DNA of 48,870 bases from Promethearchaeia archaeon (GTDB lineage Archaea; Asgardarchaeota; Lokiarchaeia; Sigyniarchaeales; SOKP01): NCBI GenBank assembly GCA_029856045.1, contig JAHQWG010000015.1, positions 1 through 48,870 on the forward strand. Reading direction: 5' to 3'. Within the stretch, counting starts at the first letter, position 1. Every line of letters starts with the position of its first letter. The position numbers were made by a program, and so were the translations under genes. The notes beneath the pieces were generated by a model, which did no database searches, was not told the origin of the DNA, and was given only the letters and a program-made list of their open reading frames with translations. Shown piece after piece: positions 37,846 to 47,710 of the stretch.

Positions 37846-39558
37846 ATGGATTTAAAAGAGTTAAAGAAAAAGATAAGTGTAGCCTATTTTTCCATGGAAA
37901 TTGGTATTGACTCAAATATTCCCACCTATAGCGGTGGTTTAGGCGTTCTCGCTGGTGACACCATTCGGTCTGCAGCAGATTTAGAGATTCCTATGGTTGC
38001 TGTATGTCTATGCTATAGTAGCGGTTATTTCTATCAAGCATTCGATAACGATGGAAACCAACTAGAGCACGATATTAAATGGAACTTTTATTACGAATTC
38101 GAAAAGATAATGAATCCCATCAAGATCCAAATTCAAGGAAAAGAAATTGTAATTTCTGCTTGGAAATATAATGTAGTAGGACAAAGTGGTCATATTATTC
38201 CCATTTTGCTTCTTGAGACTGATGTAGAAGAGAATGAACCGTGGCAGAGAGATCTTACACATGTTTTATATGATTCGACCAGTAGATTTCATAGAATTGT
38301 TCAGGAGATGATTTTAGGGATTGGAGGTATTCGATTACTTAAGTCGCTTAATTATGATAACCTTCAAGTATATCATATGAACGAGGGGCATGCCGCTTTC
38401 ATCACTTTAGAATTATTGAAAGAATTTAATGGCAATTTAGATAAAGTGAAAGAAAAATGCGTTTTTACAACACATACACCTGTTCCTGCGGGGCATGATA
38501 AATTTAACTATAATTTAGTAAATGATGTATTTAGAGATGATTTACCAAGGAATATAAAAGAATTAGGAGGGAAAAATGAATTAAATATGACAATTCTTGC
38601 AGCAAATTGTTCTAGATATATTAATGGAGTTTCTAAAAAGCATGGTCAAGTGGCACAAAAGATGATGCCGCAATATAAAATTGATTATATTACAAATGGC
38701 ATTCATTTACCTCATTGGGTTTCAGGCTCATTTGAGGAAATTTTCACAGAAAAGTGGCCTCGATGGAAGATGAGGCCAGATTTTCTGCAGAATGCAATAG
38801 AACTTGAAGATTTAGACTTATTTGATGCACACAATGAAAACAAATTTAAATTGATATCTTATCAAAAAGCCCATTCTTGGAATTTATTGGATGAAGAATT
38901 AATAACAATTGGATTTGCTCGTCGTTTTGCGACTTACAAGAGAGCCACTTTACCATTTCATGATATCGATCGATTAGGAAAAATCTGTAAGGGTAAAGTT
39001 CAATTTATTTTTGCTGGGAAAGCTCATCCAAAGGATCAAATGGGTAAGGATTTTATTAAAAAGATATATGACAACAGTATTTATTTGTTTGATAATTATG
39101 GAGTAAAAGTTGTCTTAATGGAAAATTATAATATGGATTTATCTCATTTAATAACGGCGGGAGTTGATGTTTGGCTGAATTGCCCTGAGAGATATAGAGA
39201 AGCTTCAGGTACTAGTGGAATGAAAGCAGCCTTAAATGGTGCGTTGAACTTTAGTGTTTTAGATGGGTGGTGGCTTGAAGGATACAAAAAGAATCGGTTG
39301 GCTGGATGGGCAATCGGTCCAGATGATTCGGATCCCGACGCGATAAAAAATGATTGGAATAAAGATGCTGAATCACTTTACACGGTATTAGAAAATGAGA
39401 TTATTCCCACTTACATGGACCAAGATGAGTGGCTTTGGCGGATGAAAAATAGCATTGCACTTGCTGCGTATTTCAATACTCACAGAATGATAAACGATTA
39501 CGCAGAAAAATCCTGGAATTTAGTTAAACAAGATCCTTGGAAATTTATCCCAAAATAA
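37846..39558 (+). CDS. glgP: Alpha-glucan (glycogen) phosphorylase, GT35
   Basis: AYFSME, YSGGLGVLAGD, HMNEGH, FTTHTP, GFARRFATYKR, EASGTSGMK. Confidence 0.96.
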   Translation: MDLKELKKKISVAYFSMEIGIDSNIPTYSGGLGVLAGDTIRSAADLEIPMVAVCLCYSSGYFYQAFDNDGNQLEHDIKWNFYYEFEKIMNPIKIQIQGKEIVISAWKYNVVGQSGHIIPILLLETDVEENEPWQRDLTHVLYDSTSRFHRIVQEMILGIGGIRLLKSLNYDNLQVYHMNEGHAAFITLELLKEFNGNLDKVKEKCVFTTHTPVPAGHDKFNYNLVNDVFRDDLPRNIKELGGKNELNMTILAANCSRYINGVSKKHGQVAQKMMPQYKIDYITNGIHLPHWVSGSFEEIFTEKWPRWKMRPDFLQNAIELEDLDLFDAHNENKFKLISYQKAHSWNLLDEELITIGFARRFATYKRATLPFHDIDRLGKICKGKVQFIFAGKAHPKDQMGKDFIKKIYDNSIYLFDNYGVKVVLMENYNMDLSHLITAGVDVWLNCPERYREASGTSGMKAALNGALNFSVLDGWWLEGYKKNRLAGWAIGPDDSDPDAIKNDWNKDAESLYTVLENEIIPTYMDQDEWLWRMKNSIALAAYFNTHRMINDYAEKSWNLVKQDPWKFIPK

Positions 39559-39618
39559 GTGATTTTTTTTCTATTATATTTTTTAATTATTTTTTTTATG
39601 GAAATGATTTAAATCATT

Positions 39619-40101
39619 CTATATCTCATCTAAAATTGATAACGAAGGAATTTGTATATACTTTTCAAATTCATTTTCTTTAAAATAGTTAGAGAAGGTT
39701 TGCTCTAAAATAATTTTTAATGTATTAATTCCCCTTTCAAAACCCTTAAAATCAATTGCTTTCAGTAGAGTGAATTCTTTAGTCACTTCTATTTCGTAGG
39801 TTCCACTTTTTAATTGAATGTTTTCATATTTTTCAATTATTATATCTAATTCCTTTTCTTTTTCTAATTCGGCACATAGTAAAATTAGATATTTATCAGA
39901 ATATTCCTTTTTAAGATAATTATCTCTAATAGCAGTGGCGTCTAAAGGAATTCCAACCCTTTCTTTAAAAAAAATTTGCAGGTCCGTTATTAACTTGCGA
40001 ATTCTCGATTTATTATGTAATAAAATTAGATTTTTATGTAAAGCAAAGGATTGATTTTCATGGTATTTGAGAGATTTTAGTTTTTTCGGAAACTCATACA
40101 T
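39619..40101 (-). CDS. Stand-alone GH20 domain-2-like protein
   Basis: YEIEVTKE.....AIDFKGFERGINTL and terminal IPSLSILD match the hexosaminidase N-terminal domain. Confidence 0.55.
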   Translation of the reverse strand: MYEFPKKLKSLKYHENQSFALHKNLILLHNKSRIRKLITDLQIFFKERVGIPLDATAIRDNYLKKEYSDKYLILLCAELEKEKELDIIIEKYENIQLKSGTYEIEVTKEFTLLKAIDFKGFERGINTLKIILEQTFSNYFKENEFEKYIQIPSLSILDEI

Positions 40102-40183
40102 ATTAATTAATCAAGAAGGAAAACTATTAAATCTTTTTTAATATTAAATGAAATATAATTAAAAACTGTTAATATTAATGTAA

Positions 40184-41167
40184 ATGCAATTAGGTAAATT
40201 AAAACTCGAAAATAATTTAATTTTGGCACCTTTATTAAATATTTCAACAGGGCCTTATAGAAGGTTTTGCCGCCATTTTGGAGCCATCGGATTGGTTTCA
40301 GTACCCATGTTATATTCAAAAAGGTTTGGAGGCAAGTCAGACTCCATTGAGCATGAACTCTTTAAAATTGAAAAAGAAAAACCAATTAGTGTCCAATTAA
40401 TAGGTCCTGATACCGAATCAGTTAAAATGAGTGTTGATTTTCTTAACAGTTATGATTTTAATATTTTGGATTTTAATGCAGGGTGCCCTTCCAGAAGAGC
40501 TATTAATTCAAAAGAGGGAGGTTATCTATTAAAGGACATTGATTTATTAAAAGCAATTTTAAATACGATAATAAAATATTCAAATAAACCAGTTTCATTA
40601 AAAATGAGAACGGGATTTTATAAACCTAATGTTTATTTGAAGATAGGGAAGATAGCAGAAGATTTAGGTCTTGAATTTATTACATTACATGGGAGAACTG
40701 TAACAAAACGATTTCAAAGTACAACTGTAGAATTAGAGACAATAAAAAAATTAAAAGAATCGTTATCAATTCCTGTTGTTGGCAATGGAGATATATTTGA
40801 TCCGGAGTCTGCCAAAAAAATGTTAGATTATACAGGAGTTGATGCAATAATGATTGGAAGAGGGTCCATGGGGAATCCACAAATTTTTTCGGCTATTGAA
40901 ACATATTTAAAAACGGGAGAGAAAGAAACTTATAGAGTTCACAAGGATTTATTAAAAAAAATGATTGAAATCTATGAAAATTGTATTGATAGCTTTCTTT
41001 CCGGGATTAATTATCCTTATGATGATTTTAAATTTGTTGAATTAAAAAGAAATTCTTTATGGTTATCCAAATTTATGAAAAATGCAACAGTATTTAGAAA
41101 TAATATTAGTAGAATTAAAACCCTGTATGACTTTAAGAGAGAATTAGACAATTTCCTCAGTAATTAG
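40184..41167 (+). CDS. dus: tRNA-dihydrouridine synthase (DusB-like)
   Basis: LILAP, VQL.G, DFNAGCP, PVSLKMR.G, TLHGRT, GNGDI, MIGRG..GNP. Confidence 0.92.
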   Translation: MQLGKLKLENNLILAPLLNISTGPYRRFCRHFGAIGLVSVPMLYSKRFGGKSDSIEHELFKIEKEKPISVQLIGPDTESVKMSVDFLNSYDFNILDFNAGCPSRRAINSKEGGYLLKDIDLLKAILNTIIKYSNKPVSLKMRTGFYKPNVYLKIGKIAEDLGLEFITLHGRTVTKRFQSTTVELETIKKLKESLSIPVVGNGDIFDPESAKKMLDYTGVDAIMIGRGSMGNPQIFSAIETYLKTGEKETYRVHKDLLKKMIEIYENCIDSFLSGINYPYDDFKFVELKRNSLWLSKFMKNATVFRNNISRIKTLYDFKRELDNFLSN

Positions 41168-41188
41168 GGTAAACTCCTTACTAATCAT

Positions 41189-41596
41189 TTAAATTTTCTC
41201 ACAATCAACATGCTCCAATTCATTATGTTGATATATTCTCTTGCCCCCCTGTTTTTTTAAAGCAATGAATGAAAAATGGAATACTAGTGCGGCACTCAAG
41301 AAAATAAGGGGGACAAAAAGATAATAAAGGAACTTAAATAGAAGACAAATTACAAGCAAAATTATTCCTAATAAATAAGTAATAATTACTTCAAATTTAT
41401 TAGGTCTTTCTGGTTCGTCATCACGAACTGATTCTATTATAAACATAAAAATACCCAATAGTGCAAGGGTTCCACATATAATGAAACTATTTGTATCTAA
41501 ACTAAGAAATAATTCAAAAATACTCCACCAGATTATACTAATGATAAACGTTATTCCAGATGATATTCGAACTGCATTTTTATAAGTTAATTCCAT
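41189..41596 (-). CDS. Hypothetical 4-TM membrane protein
   Basis: Four hydrophobic segments. Confidence 0.7.
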   Translation of the reverse strand: MELTYKNAVRISSGITFIISIIWWSIFELFLSLDTNSFIICGTLALLGIFMFIIESVRDDEPERPNKFEVIITYLLGIILLVICLLFKFLYYLFVPLIFLSAALVFHFSFIALKKQGGKRIYQHNELEHVDCEKI

Positions 41597-41730
41597 TAAA
41601 TATATTATTTAATAATAATGTTAAAAAATTTTGGGTTTCTTTGGATGTAGATTAATACTTCGCATTTTGTTATCTAAATCACTTAGTCATTTCAATGATA
41701 ATATACTTAAAAGTTTACTTTCATCTCAGT

Positions 41731-42762
41731 TTAGGTATATTTTTCCACCAAATCTTTAGGTGGAAAGACACCGTCCTCAGTAATTACTGCCGAAACTAAT
41801 TCAAATGGTGTAAAATCAAAAGCATAATTAATACAATTAACTCCTTCTGGAACAATTTGAACTTTTCCTAACACATGACTTACTTCTTTAGAATCTCGTT
41901 GTTCAATTTTGACATCTTCAAATGATTCGCTTATTGATAAAGTTGATACGGGAGCTGCTACATAAAATGGGATTTTATTATCTTGAGCAGCTAAAGCGAC
42001 CATATATGTCCCAATTTTATTAAAAACACCATCTGATGTAATTCGATCTGCTCCAACTATGACTTTTTGGATTTTTCCTAATCTCATCATTAAACCTGAG
42101 GAACCATCTGAAATGACGCTTACTGGAATCTTATCATATTGCAATTCAAAAGCAGTTAATCGTGCACCTTGTAATCTCGGTCTGGTTTCATCAGCAACTA
42201 CAGAAATTTTTTTACCTTGTTCAATAGCAACTCTTACAGGAGCTAGTGCAGTACCATATTGAACTGTTGCAAGGGAGCCTGCATTACAGTGTGTTTGAAC
42301 TGTATCTCCGTCATTGAGTAATTCTGCTCCATGTTTTCCGATACTTTTATTAGTATCAATATCTTCTTGCCACATTTTTTTTGCTTCTTCTATAATGATT
42401 TCTGAAAGCTGACTAGGTTTTTTATCAACGCCCTTAATTTTATTTAAAATCCGATCTACTGCCCAAAATAAATTGACAGCTGTTGGTCTTGTCTGTTTTA
42501 TTAATTCTCCTGCTTCTTTTAATGAGCTCAGAAACTCTTCTTTATTTTTATTTTTAAATTCAATAGAAGCTAGGGCCATTCCCATGGCTGCTGCGACACC
42601 TATAGCAGGAGCTCCCCTTATATTCATTATTTTTATGGCTTTTGCAACATCTCTGTAATCTTTAAATTCTAAAAATTCAAGCTTATGCGGTAGAACTGTT
42701 TGGTCGATCATTTTGACTTTATTTTCAACCCATTCAATAGAAGGAATCATAATCTTAACCAA
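41731..42762 (-). CDS. mtnA: Methylthioribose-1-phosphate isomerase (eIF2B-like family)
   Basis: IRGAPAIG, RPTAVNL, THCNAG.LAT..YGTA, ETRP.LQGARLT, GADRI, NKIGT. Confidence 0.93.
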   Translation of the reverse strand: MVKIMIPSIEWVENKVKMIDQTVLPHKLEFLEFKDYRDVAKAIKIMNIRGAPAIGVAAAMGMALASIEFKNKNKEEFLSSLKEAGELIKQTRPTAVNLFWAVDRILNKIKGVDKKPSQLSEIIIEEAKKMWQEDIDTNKSIGKHGAELLNDGDTVQTHCNAGSLATVQYGTALAPVRVAIEQGKKISVVADETRPRLQGARLTAFELQYDKIPVSVISDGSSGLMMRLGKIQKVIVGADRITSDGVFNKIGTYMVALAAQDNKIPFYVAAPVSTLSISESFEDVKIEQRDSKEVSHVLGKVQIVPEGVNCINYAFDFTPFELVSAVITEDGVFPPKDLVEKYT

Positions 42763-42827
42763 TCTAATGTTTTTTTTAAAAATAATAAAGAATATAGAAT
42801 TTAAAGCTCTATCATTAATAATGATTT

Positions 42828-44273
42828 TTACTTAATATCTAGAATCTCCTTAATTAGTTTTTTTTTACTTTCTAAATCTGCTTGTCTTCTTATCATTATT
42901 CTCTGTGCTTGAGGAGAGCCAGCTCCATGCATTGACTCTGTTCTATAACTCACGGAAGCAACACCCATAGATAAATTCTCTATAAAGCGAAAGACTTTAT
43001 ACCGATCTTCAACAGAAATTTCATTACAAGTGGTGAGATATTTTTTTAATAAGGAGCCAATTTCTTCAGATTTAAAATCTGCTTCAGAAGGAAGCGTACA
43101 TATTAACCCTCCAGCTAGGTCCTCAGCAATTCTACCAATTTCATATGGAAAACGGGTAACATTTAGTTTGCATACATTTGCTAAAAGCATATCCATTTCA
43201 TAATTTCCAGCTTCTCTTTGAAATCCTAATGAACTGCATGCGATTCCACAACTAAAAAGAGTTTCATTTAAATGCACCATCTCTACTAATTTATCTTGTA
43301 TATGACTGGTTTTTTCTACTCCATTATATTCTGTAATTAAAGCTGAGGCACCAATAAGAACATCTCCTACACCTACTTTGCAACCACCATATGATTGACG
43401 ATGAAATCCGGCAAAACGATTGACTAATTCTCCCGAGAATTTAATCTCTCTCTTCATAAAAATTCGTTCATTTGGGATAAATACATCGTCAAAAATTACA
43501 AATATTTCTTGACCACCATATTTATAATTTCCAATATCTAATTTTCCATTCTCCATTTTACGAGTATCACCTGATTGCCTTCCATATATTAATGTTATTC
43601 CCTTTTCATTTGTATCAACCCCAAAACTAACAGCATAATCCTCTTCACCGGGTCGTAAAGATAAAGTTGGCATAACGATGGCTCTATGTGAGTTTAAAAA
43701 TCCTGTCTGATGAATTTTTGCACCCCTTACTACAACTCCATCATCATTCTCATCCACAATATGTAAATATACATCCGGGTCTGTTTGTTTATTCGGTCTT
43801 TTACTCCGATCTCCCTTTGTATCCGTCATTGCGCCGTCAACGCTCAAATCTTGATTTTGAACCTCGATCCAATACTTCTTGAATCGGTCATGATAATTTG
43901 TTCCATATTCCTTATCCATTTCATAAGTTACACTATATAATGCATTTGCGGTATCAAATCCTACGCAACGTTGGAAACAACAAGCCGTTTTTTGCCCCAT
44001 CAATCTCTGCATTTTTACTTTTTTTATCAGGTCGTCTACTGATTGATGGATATGAGTAAATCGATTTATTGTCTCACCTGTTAAATGGGAAGTTGTTGTC
44101 ATTAAATCTTTATATTCATCAATTTGAGCTAATTCATAAATCTTCTTTACTGAATTAATTGAAGGGATTATTATCGGATGTTTCCAGAATTCTTTAATTT
44201 TCTCCCCAAACATGTACAAATTAACAGGTCTCTTTATACTTTCTAAATATTCTTCTGGACTTTTCAGTACCAT
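42828..44273 (-). CDS. abfD: 4-hydroxybutyryl-CoA dehydratase
   Basis: TACCFQRCVG, GAMTD.KGDRS, HRQSYGGCK, ESMHGAGSPQAQ; ATG 44273 behind AGGTGA. Confidence 0.95.
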   Translation of the reverse strand: MVLKSPEEYLESIKRPVNLYMFGEKIKEFWKHPIIIPSINSVKKIYELAQIDEYKDLMTTTSHLTGETINRFTHIHQSVDDLIKKVKMQRLMGQKTACCFQRCVGFDTANALYSVTYEMDKEYGTNYHDRFKKYWIEVQNQDLSVDGAMTDTKGDRSKRPNKQTDPDVYLHIVDENDDGVVVRGAKIHQTGFLNSHRAIVMPTLSLRPGEEDYAVSFGVDTNEKGITLIYGRQSGDTRKMENGKLDIGNYKYGGQEIFVIFDDVFIPNERIFMKREIKFSGELVNRFAGFHRQSYGGCKVGVGDVLIGASALITEYNGVEKTSHIQDKLVEMVHLNETLFSCGIACSSLGFQREAGNYEMDMLLANVCKLNVTRFPYEIGRIAEDLAGGLICTLPSEADFKSEEIGSLLKKYLTTCNEISVEDRYKVFRFIENLSMGVASVSYRTESMHGAGSPQAQRIMIRRQADLESKKKLIKEILDIK

Positions 44274-44391
44274 TTTTATTTTCACCTAAAAATTGTGATA
44301 ATACAATAAAACAATAGTATTTATGATTTTATTTTTAAAATAATATTTATAATAATATTCTCTTGATTTAAACTCAATATAAAACTTTGGA

Positions 44392-44856
44392 TTAATTTGC
44401 ATTGATTAAACTTTTTCTCATTACAAAATGTTCAATTTCATTAAAAAGCGTATGACCTTTTCTAATTACTTCATAACCGAGTTTCTCAAAAAAGTCTTCC
44501 GCTGTTTTTCTAGCATTTAATATAATAGATTCTAATCCAAGATTTATTGAATGCATTTCTATATTTTTCATTAATTTTTTTCCAATACCCATTTTTTGAT
44601 ATTCTTTTTCTACTGCTAAATATCTTATTTGCCCCTCTTTTTCATTATTTTTATGAAGACGTGCTGTTCCAACAATTTTGTCATCTAAAATTGCAATGAA
44701 TGAATAAGATTCATCTTCTTTTTCATCTCTTTCGGATCCTTTTGGTTGATTCCATGGTTTTCTTAATAATTTCCATCTTAAATCATATAATTCCTCAAGT
44801 TCTTCTTTTGAAGCCGCCTTCCGAATTATTAATTTATCCTCTATTACATTGACCAT
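44392..44856 (-). CDS. GNAT acetyltransferase (YiiD/ElaA-like)
   Basis: LRW.LLRKPW, QIRYLAV...QKMGIG, LNAR..A..FF.KLGY. Confidence 0.92.
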   Translation of the reverse strand: MVNVIEDKLIIRKAASKEELEELYDLRWKLLRKPWNQPKGSERDEKEDESYSFIAILDDKIVGTARLHKNNEKEGQIRYLAVEKEYQKMGIGKKLMKNIEMHSINLGLESIILNARKTAEDFFEKLGYEVIRKGHTLFNEIEHFVMRKSLINAN

Positions 44857-44910
44857 CTTTTAATTTATAAAAATTAATTAATTTTGATTTGATTTTAATT
44901 ATATAAAAAC

Positions 44911-45798
44911 ATGGCTAAAAATACAATTATCCCTAAATTAGTTAAATCTCCAATCATTTCTTGTTCCCGAAGAACAGATATCCCTGCTTTCCTTATGGAT
45001 TGGGTTATTGACAAGATTAAGAAAGGATATGTTGATGTTGTTAATCCTTTCAATCGAAAACAAGTTTATCGAGTCTCATTAAAACCAACAGATGTGAGAT
45101 GTATAGTTTGGTGGAGTAAAAATTTTAAAAATTGGATAGAATACTATAAAACCTACAATCAATTATTCAAATCCTATAAAGGGCACTATTTTCAATTCAC
45201 AATTAATACACCCTCAGAGTTAGAAGCAAATCTAAAGGTATCTTTAAAAGAAAGGTTTAAGCAATTTGAGTGGCTGGTCAATGAATTCGGAACTCTTGCG
45301 GTCAATTTCAGGTATGATCCAATAATATTTTATAAATCAATGGATTCAAATGTAGTTAAACATAATTTGCAACAATTTGATTATATTATAGAAAATATTG
45401 CAAGTTTTGGAGTAAAAGAAATGATATTTAGTTTCGCAAATATTTATCCAAAGGTAAAAAAGCGAATGTTAGCAAGAGGAAATATACCTCTCGAACTCTC
45501 TTTTAAAAAGAAACAAGAAACTCTCAGAAAATTAAAAAAAGTATGTGATAAGTTCCAAATGAAAATGATGGCTTGCTGTCAGCCGGATTTACTGAAAATC
45601 GATGGGATAAAACAAGCACATTGTATTGATGCAATAAAAATCCGAAAAATTGTTAAAGAAGAGATACCATTACTTAAAGACACCGGACAAAGAAAAGATT
45701 GTGGGTGTTATAAGTCAAAAGATATAGGAGGATATACAGGTATTTTTAAGTGTATTCATAACTGCGATTATTGCTATGCGTCTCCAGCCAAAAGATAA
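44911..45798 (+). CDS. DUF1848-family protein (radical-SAM-like)
   Basis: IISCSRRTDIPAF, WSKN, RYDPI, QR..CGC..S.DIG.Y, CIHNCDYCYA. Confidence 0.92.
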   Translation: MAKNTIIPKLVKSPIISCSRRTDIPAFLMDWVIDKIKKGYVDVVNPFNRKQVYRVSLKPTDVRCIVWWSKNFKNWIEYYKTYNQLFKSYKGHYFQFTINTPSELEANLKVSLKERFKQFEWLVNEFGTLAVNFRYDPIIFYKSMDSNVVKHNLQQFDYIIENIASFGVKEMIFSFANIYPKVKKRMLARGNIPLELSFKKKQETLRKLKKVCDKFQMKMMACCQPDLLKIDGIKQAHCIDAIKIRKIVKEEIPLLKDTGQRKDCGCYKSKDIGGYTGIFKCIHNCDYCYASPAKR

Positions 45799-45833
45799 GA
45801 TTTTTAAAAATTTTATAATTTTATCTTAGTCAT

Positions 45834-46010
45834 TTAATGATTATTTAATATGCAAGTTGGATCAGATTTGGTATAAGAGTTAGTGGCGAGAAAAACTTTG
45901 GCTCGACAACCCCCACAAATTGTTTTATATACACATTTTCCACACTGGCCTTCAAACTTTAAATTTCTATATTGATTGAGAACAAGAGAATTTTGCCAGA
46001 TTTTTTGAAT
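45834..46010 (-). pseudogene. Radical SAM SPASM-domain C-terminal remnant, not in the ORF track
   Basis: IQKIWQNSLVLNQYRNLKFEGQCGKCVYKTICGGCRAKVFLATNSYTKSDPTCILNNH*; in-frame TAA immediately upstream. Confidence 0.85.
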
Positions 46011-46041
46011 TTAAAACAATCAGTAATTGCAAATCAATCTT

Positions 46042-46773
46042 TTATTTCAATTCTCTTAATTTTAAAATTAATAATTGAAAATTATCCTCTAAATTATACT
46101 GGATAATTTTTTCAAGGGGTTCCTTAATATTAGCAAGATAAGGTAAAGAATGAGAGTCTGAACCAATACCTACAGGAATTTTATGTTCTTTTAATTTGTC
46201 AAAAAATAATCGATATTCGGATGAATAATATTGAGAATAACTATAGTTAAACTCAAAATAAATATCATATTCCTTCAGAAATTCAATCAAATCTTCTAAA
46301 TAATTATAAATTAAATATCCTGGATCAAAATGTGCTAATCCTATAATCGGAAAATCGGACTTAGAGTCAATTGAGACCTTCCAATATTTAATTATCCTTT
46401 CAATTTTAACAGCATCTTTCATATTTTGAAGATACTCAAATAAAACCAATTGGAATCTATCAATCTCAATATTATTCTTTATATAATCGATCGAGCTTCT
46501 TAAATCAATTTCAACACCACCCAACAATTTCAGAGGTAATTTTTTTGACCTTAAGAATTCTTGATAATCTGAAATTTCATCTAAATACCTTGAAATTTTT
46601 CTCCTACTATTTAAGGTTTTAATAATATTTGCCTTCCAAGTATTTGTAAAATGATCTGTAATTGCAATATAATCTAATCCTAATTTCAAAGACTCTAATA
46701 CAATTTCTTCAATTGAATTTGCCCCATCTGAAAAATTAGAATGAATATGTAGATTTACTCTCGGAAACTCCAT
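46042..46773 (-). CDS. PHP-domain phosphoesterase
   Basis: NLHIHS.FSDG, ITDH, GVE, AH, GSDSH. Confidence 0.9.
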   Translation of the reverse strand: MEFPRVNLHIHSNFSDGANSIEEIVLESLKLGLDYIAITDHFTNTWKANIIKTLNSRRKISRYLDEISDYQEFLRSKKLPLKLLGGVEIDLRSSIDYIKNNIEIDRFQLVLFEYLQNMKDAVKIERIIKYWKVSIDSKSDFPIIGLAHFDPGYLIYNYLEDLIEFLKEYDIYFEFNYSYSQYYSSEYRLFFDKLKEHKIPVGIGSDSHSLPYLANIKEPLEKIIQYNLEDNFQLLILKLRELK

Positions 46774-47057
46774 GTTCTTTAATTCTACAATAATCCATAG
46801 TTTTTAAAAATATTTATAAAGTTTTTCAATATTAAAATATATAAAATATTAAATTTTTGAAACCCAAATTAAAAAACCAAGCAAATTTTTTATAAAAGAA
46901 AAGAATCCCAGATTTCACTCTCCTTTGGAAAGAATATTAGGTAAAAATTATGTATTATACTTCAATGAAAAAAGAAATAGATTAGCAAAACCTTGAAATA
47001 AAGATTCATTATTCAAAAATCCATAATTATTAAATATCAGAATTATAAATTGTAATT

Positions 47058-47687
47058 ATGAAGATAAAATGGATATCCCATGCATGTTTTCAAATTATAA
47101 CAGAATCTGGCAAGGTTATATATTTAGATCCTTATGAAATTCCTACTGGCTTAGAAAAGGCAGATGTTATCATTTCAAGTCATTCTCATGGAGATCATAT
47201 GGATAGTTCATCGATTGGAGAAATATCAAAAGATTCTACTATTTTACTTGGACCAGAAAGTGAATCAGATAATTTAACAAAATTCAATGGCAAAGGTTTA
47301 AAATTAGGAGTAATTTTTGAGGTAGAAGATTTTAAGATACAACTTGTTCCCGCATATACAATCAAAAAGAGTACTCATCCAAAAAATAGAGGGTGGGCAG
47401 GTATAATAATTGAAGCAGAAGGAAAGAGAATTTATCACGCCGGAGATACAGAAAGAATTCCAGAAATGAAGGACTTAAAAGATATTGATGTTGCGATGCT
47501 TCCATGCGGTGGTACATATACAATGGATTTTGACGAGTCAACTGATGCTGCGTGTGATATTAACCCGAAGATCGTGATTCCCATGCATAATTGGGGTAAG
47601 GATTTAAACCAATTTAAGGAAATGTTGAAAAATAAAAATCCAGATATAATAGTTGAGATTTTAGAAGATAAAGATCTTCAACTATAG
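47058..47687 (+). CDS. MBL-fold hydrolase (UlaG/COG2220-like)
   Basis: HACF, SHSHGDH, YHAGDT, IPMH. Confidence 0.92.
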   Translation: MKIKWISHACFQIITESGKVIYLDPYEIPTGLEKADVIISSHSHGDHMDSSSIGEISKDSTILLGPESESDNLTKFNGKGLKLGVIFEVEDFKIQLVPAYTIKKSTHPKNRGWAGIIIEAEGKRIYHAGDTERIPEMKDLKDIDVAMLPCGGTYTMDFDESTDAACDINPKIVIPMHNWGKDLNQFKEMLKNKNPDIIVEILEDKDLQL

Positions 47688-47710
47688 TCTTTTTTTTTAT
47701 TAATTTAACT

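Noticed and set aside
41731-42762. eIF2B subunit as a eukaryotic signature
   Set aside because: All MtnA motifs (THCNAG.LAT, ETRP.LQG) are present, so a metabolic isomerase is the better call
163-43882. Short ORFs overlapping longer genes (e.g. 163..363, 1210..1464, 7582..7860, 19143..19544, 24010..25592 set, 35235..35657, 40107..40319, 43688..43882)
   Set aside because: Antisense or off-frame shadows of well-supported CDS with no motifs
42828-44273. abfD as evidence of autotrophic 3HP/4HB or DC/4HB carbon fixation
   Set aside because: No other cycle genes in the window; the enzyme also serves fermentation
46853-46996. 47-codon open frame on + strand between the PHP and MBL genes
   Set aside because: No in-frame ATG, no SD and no recognisable motif
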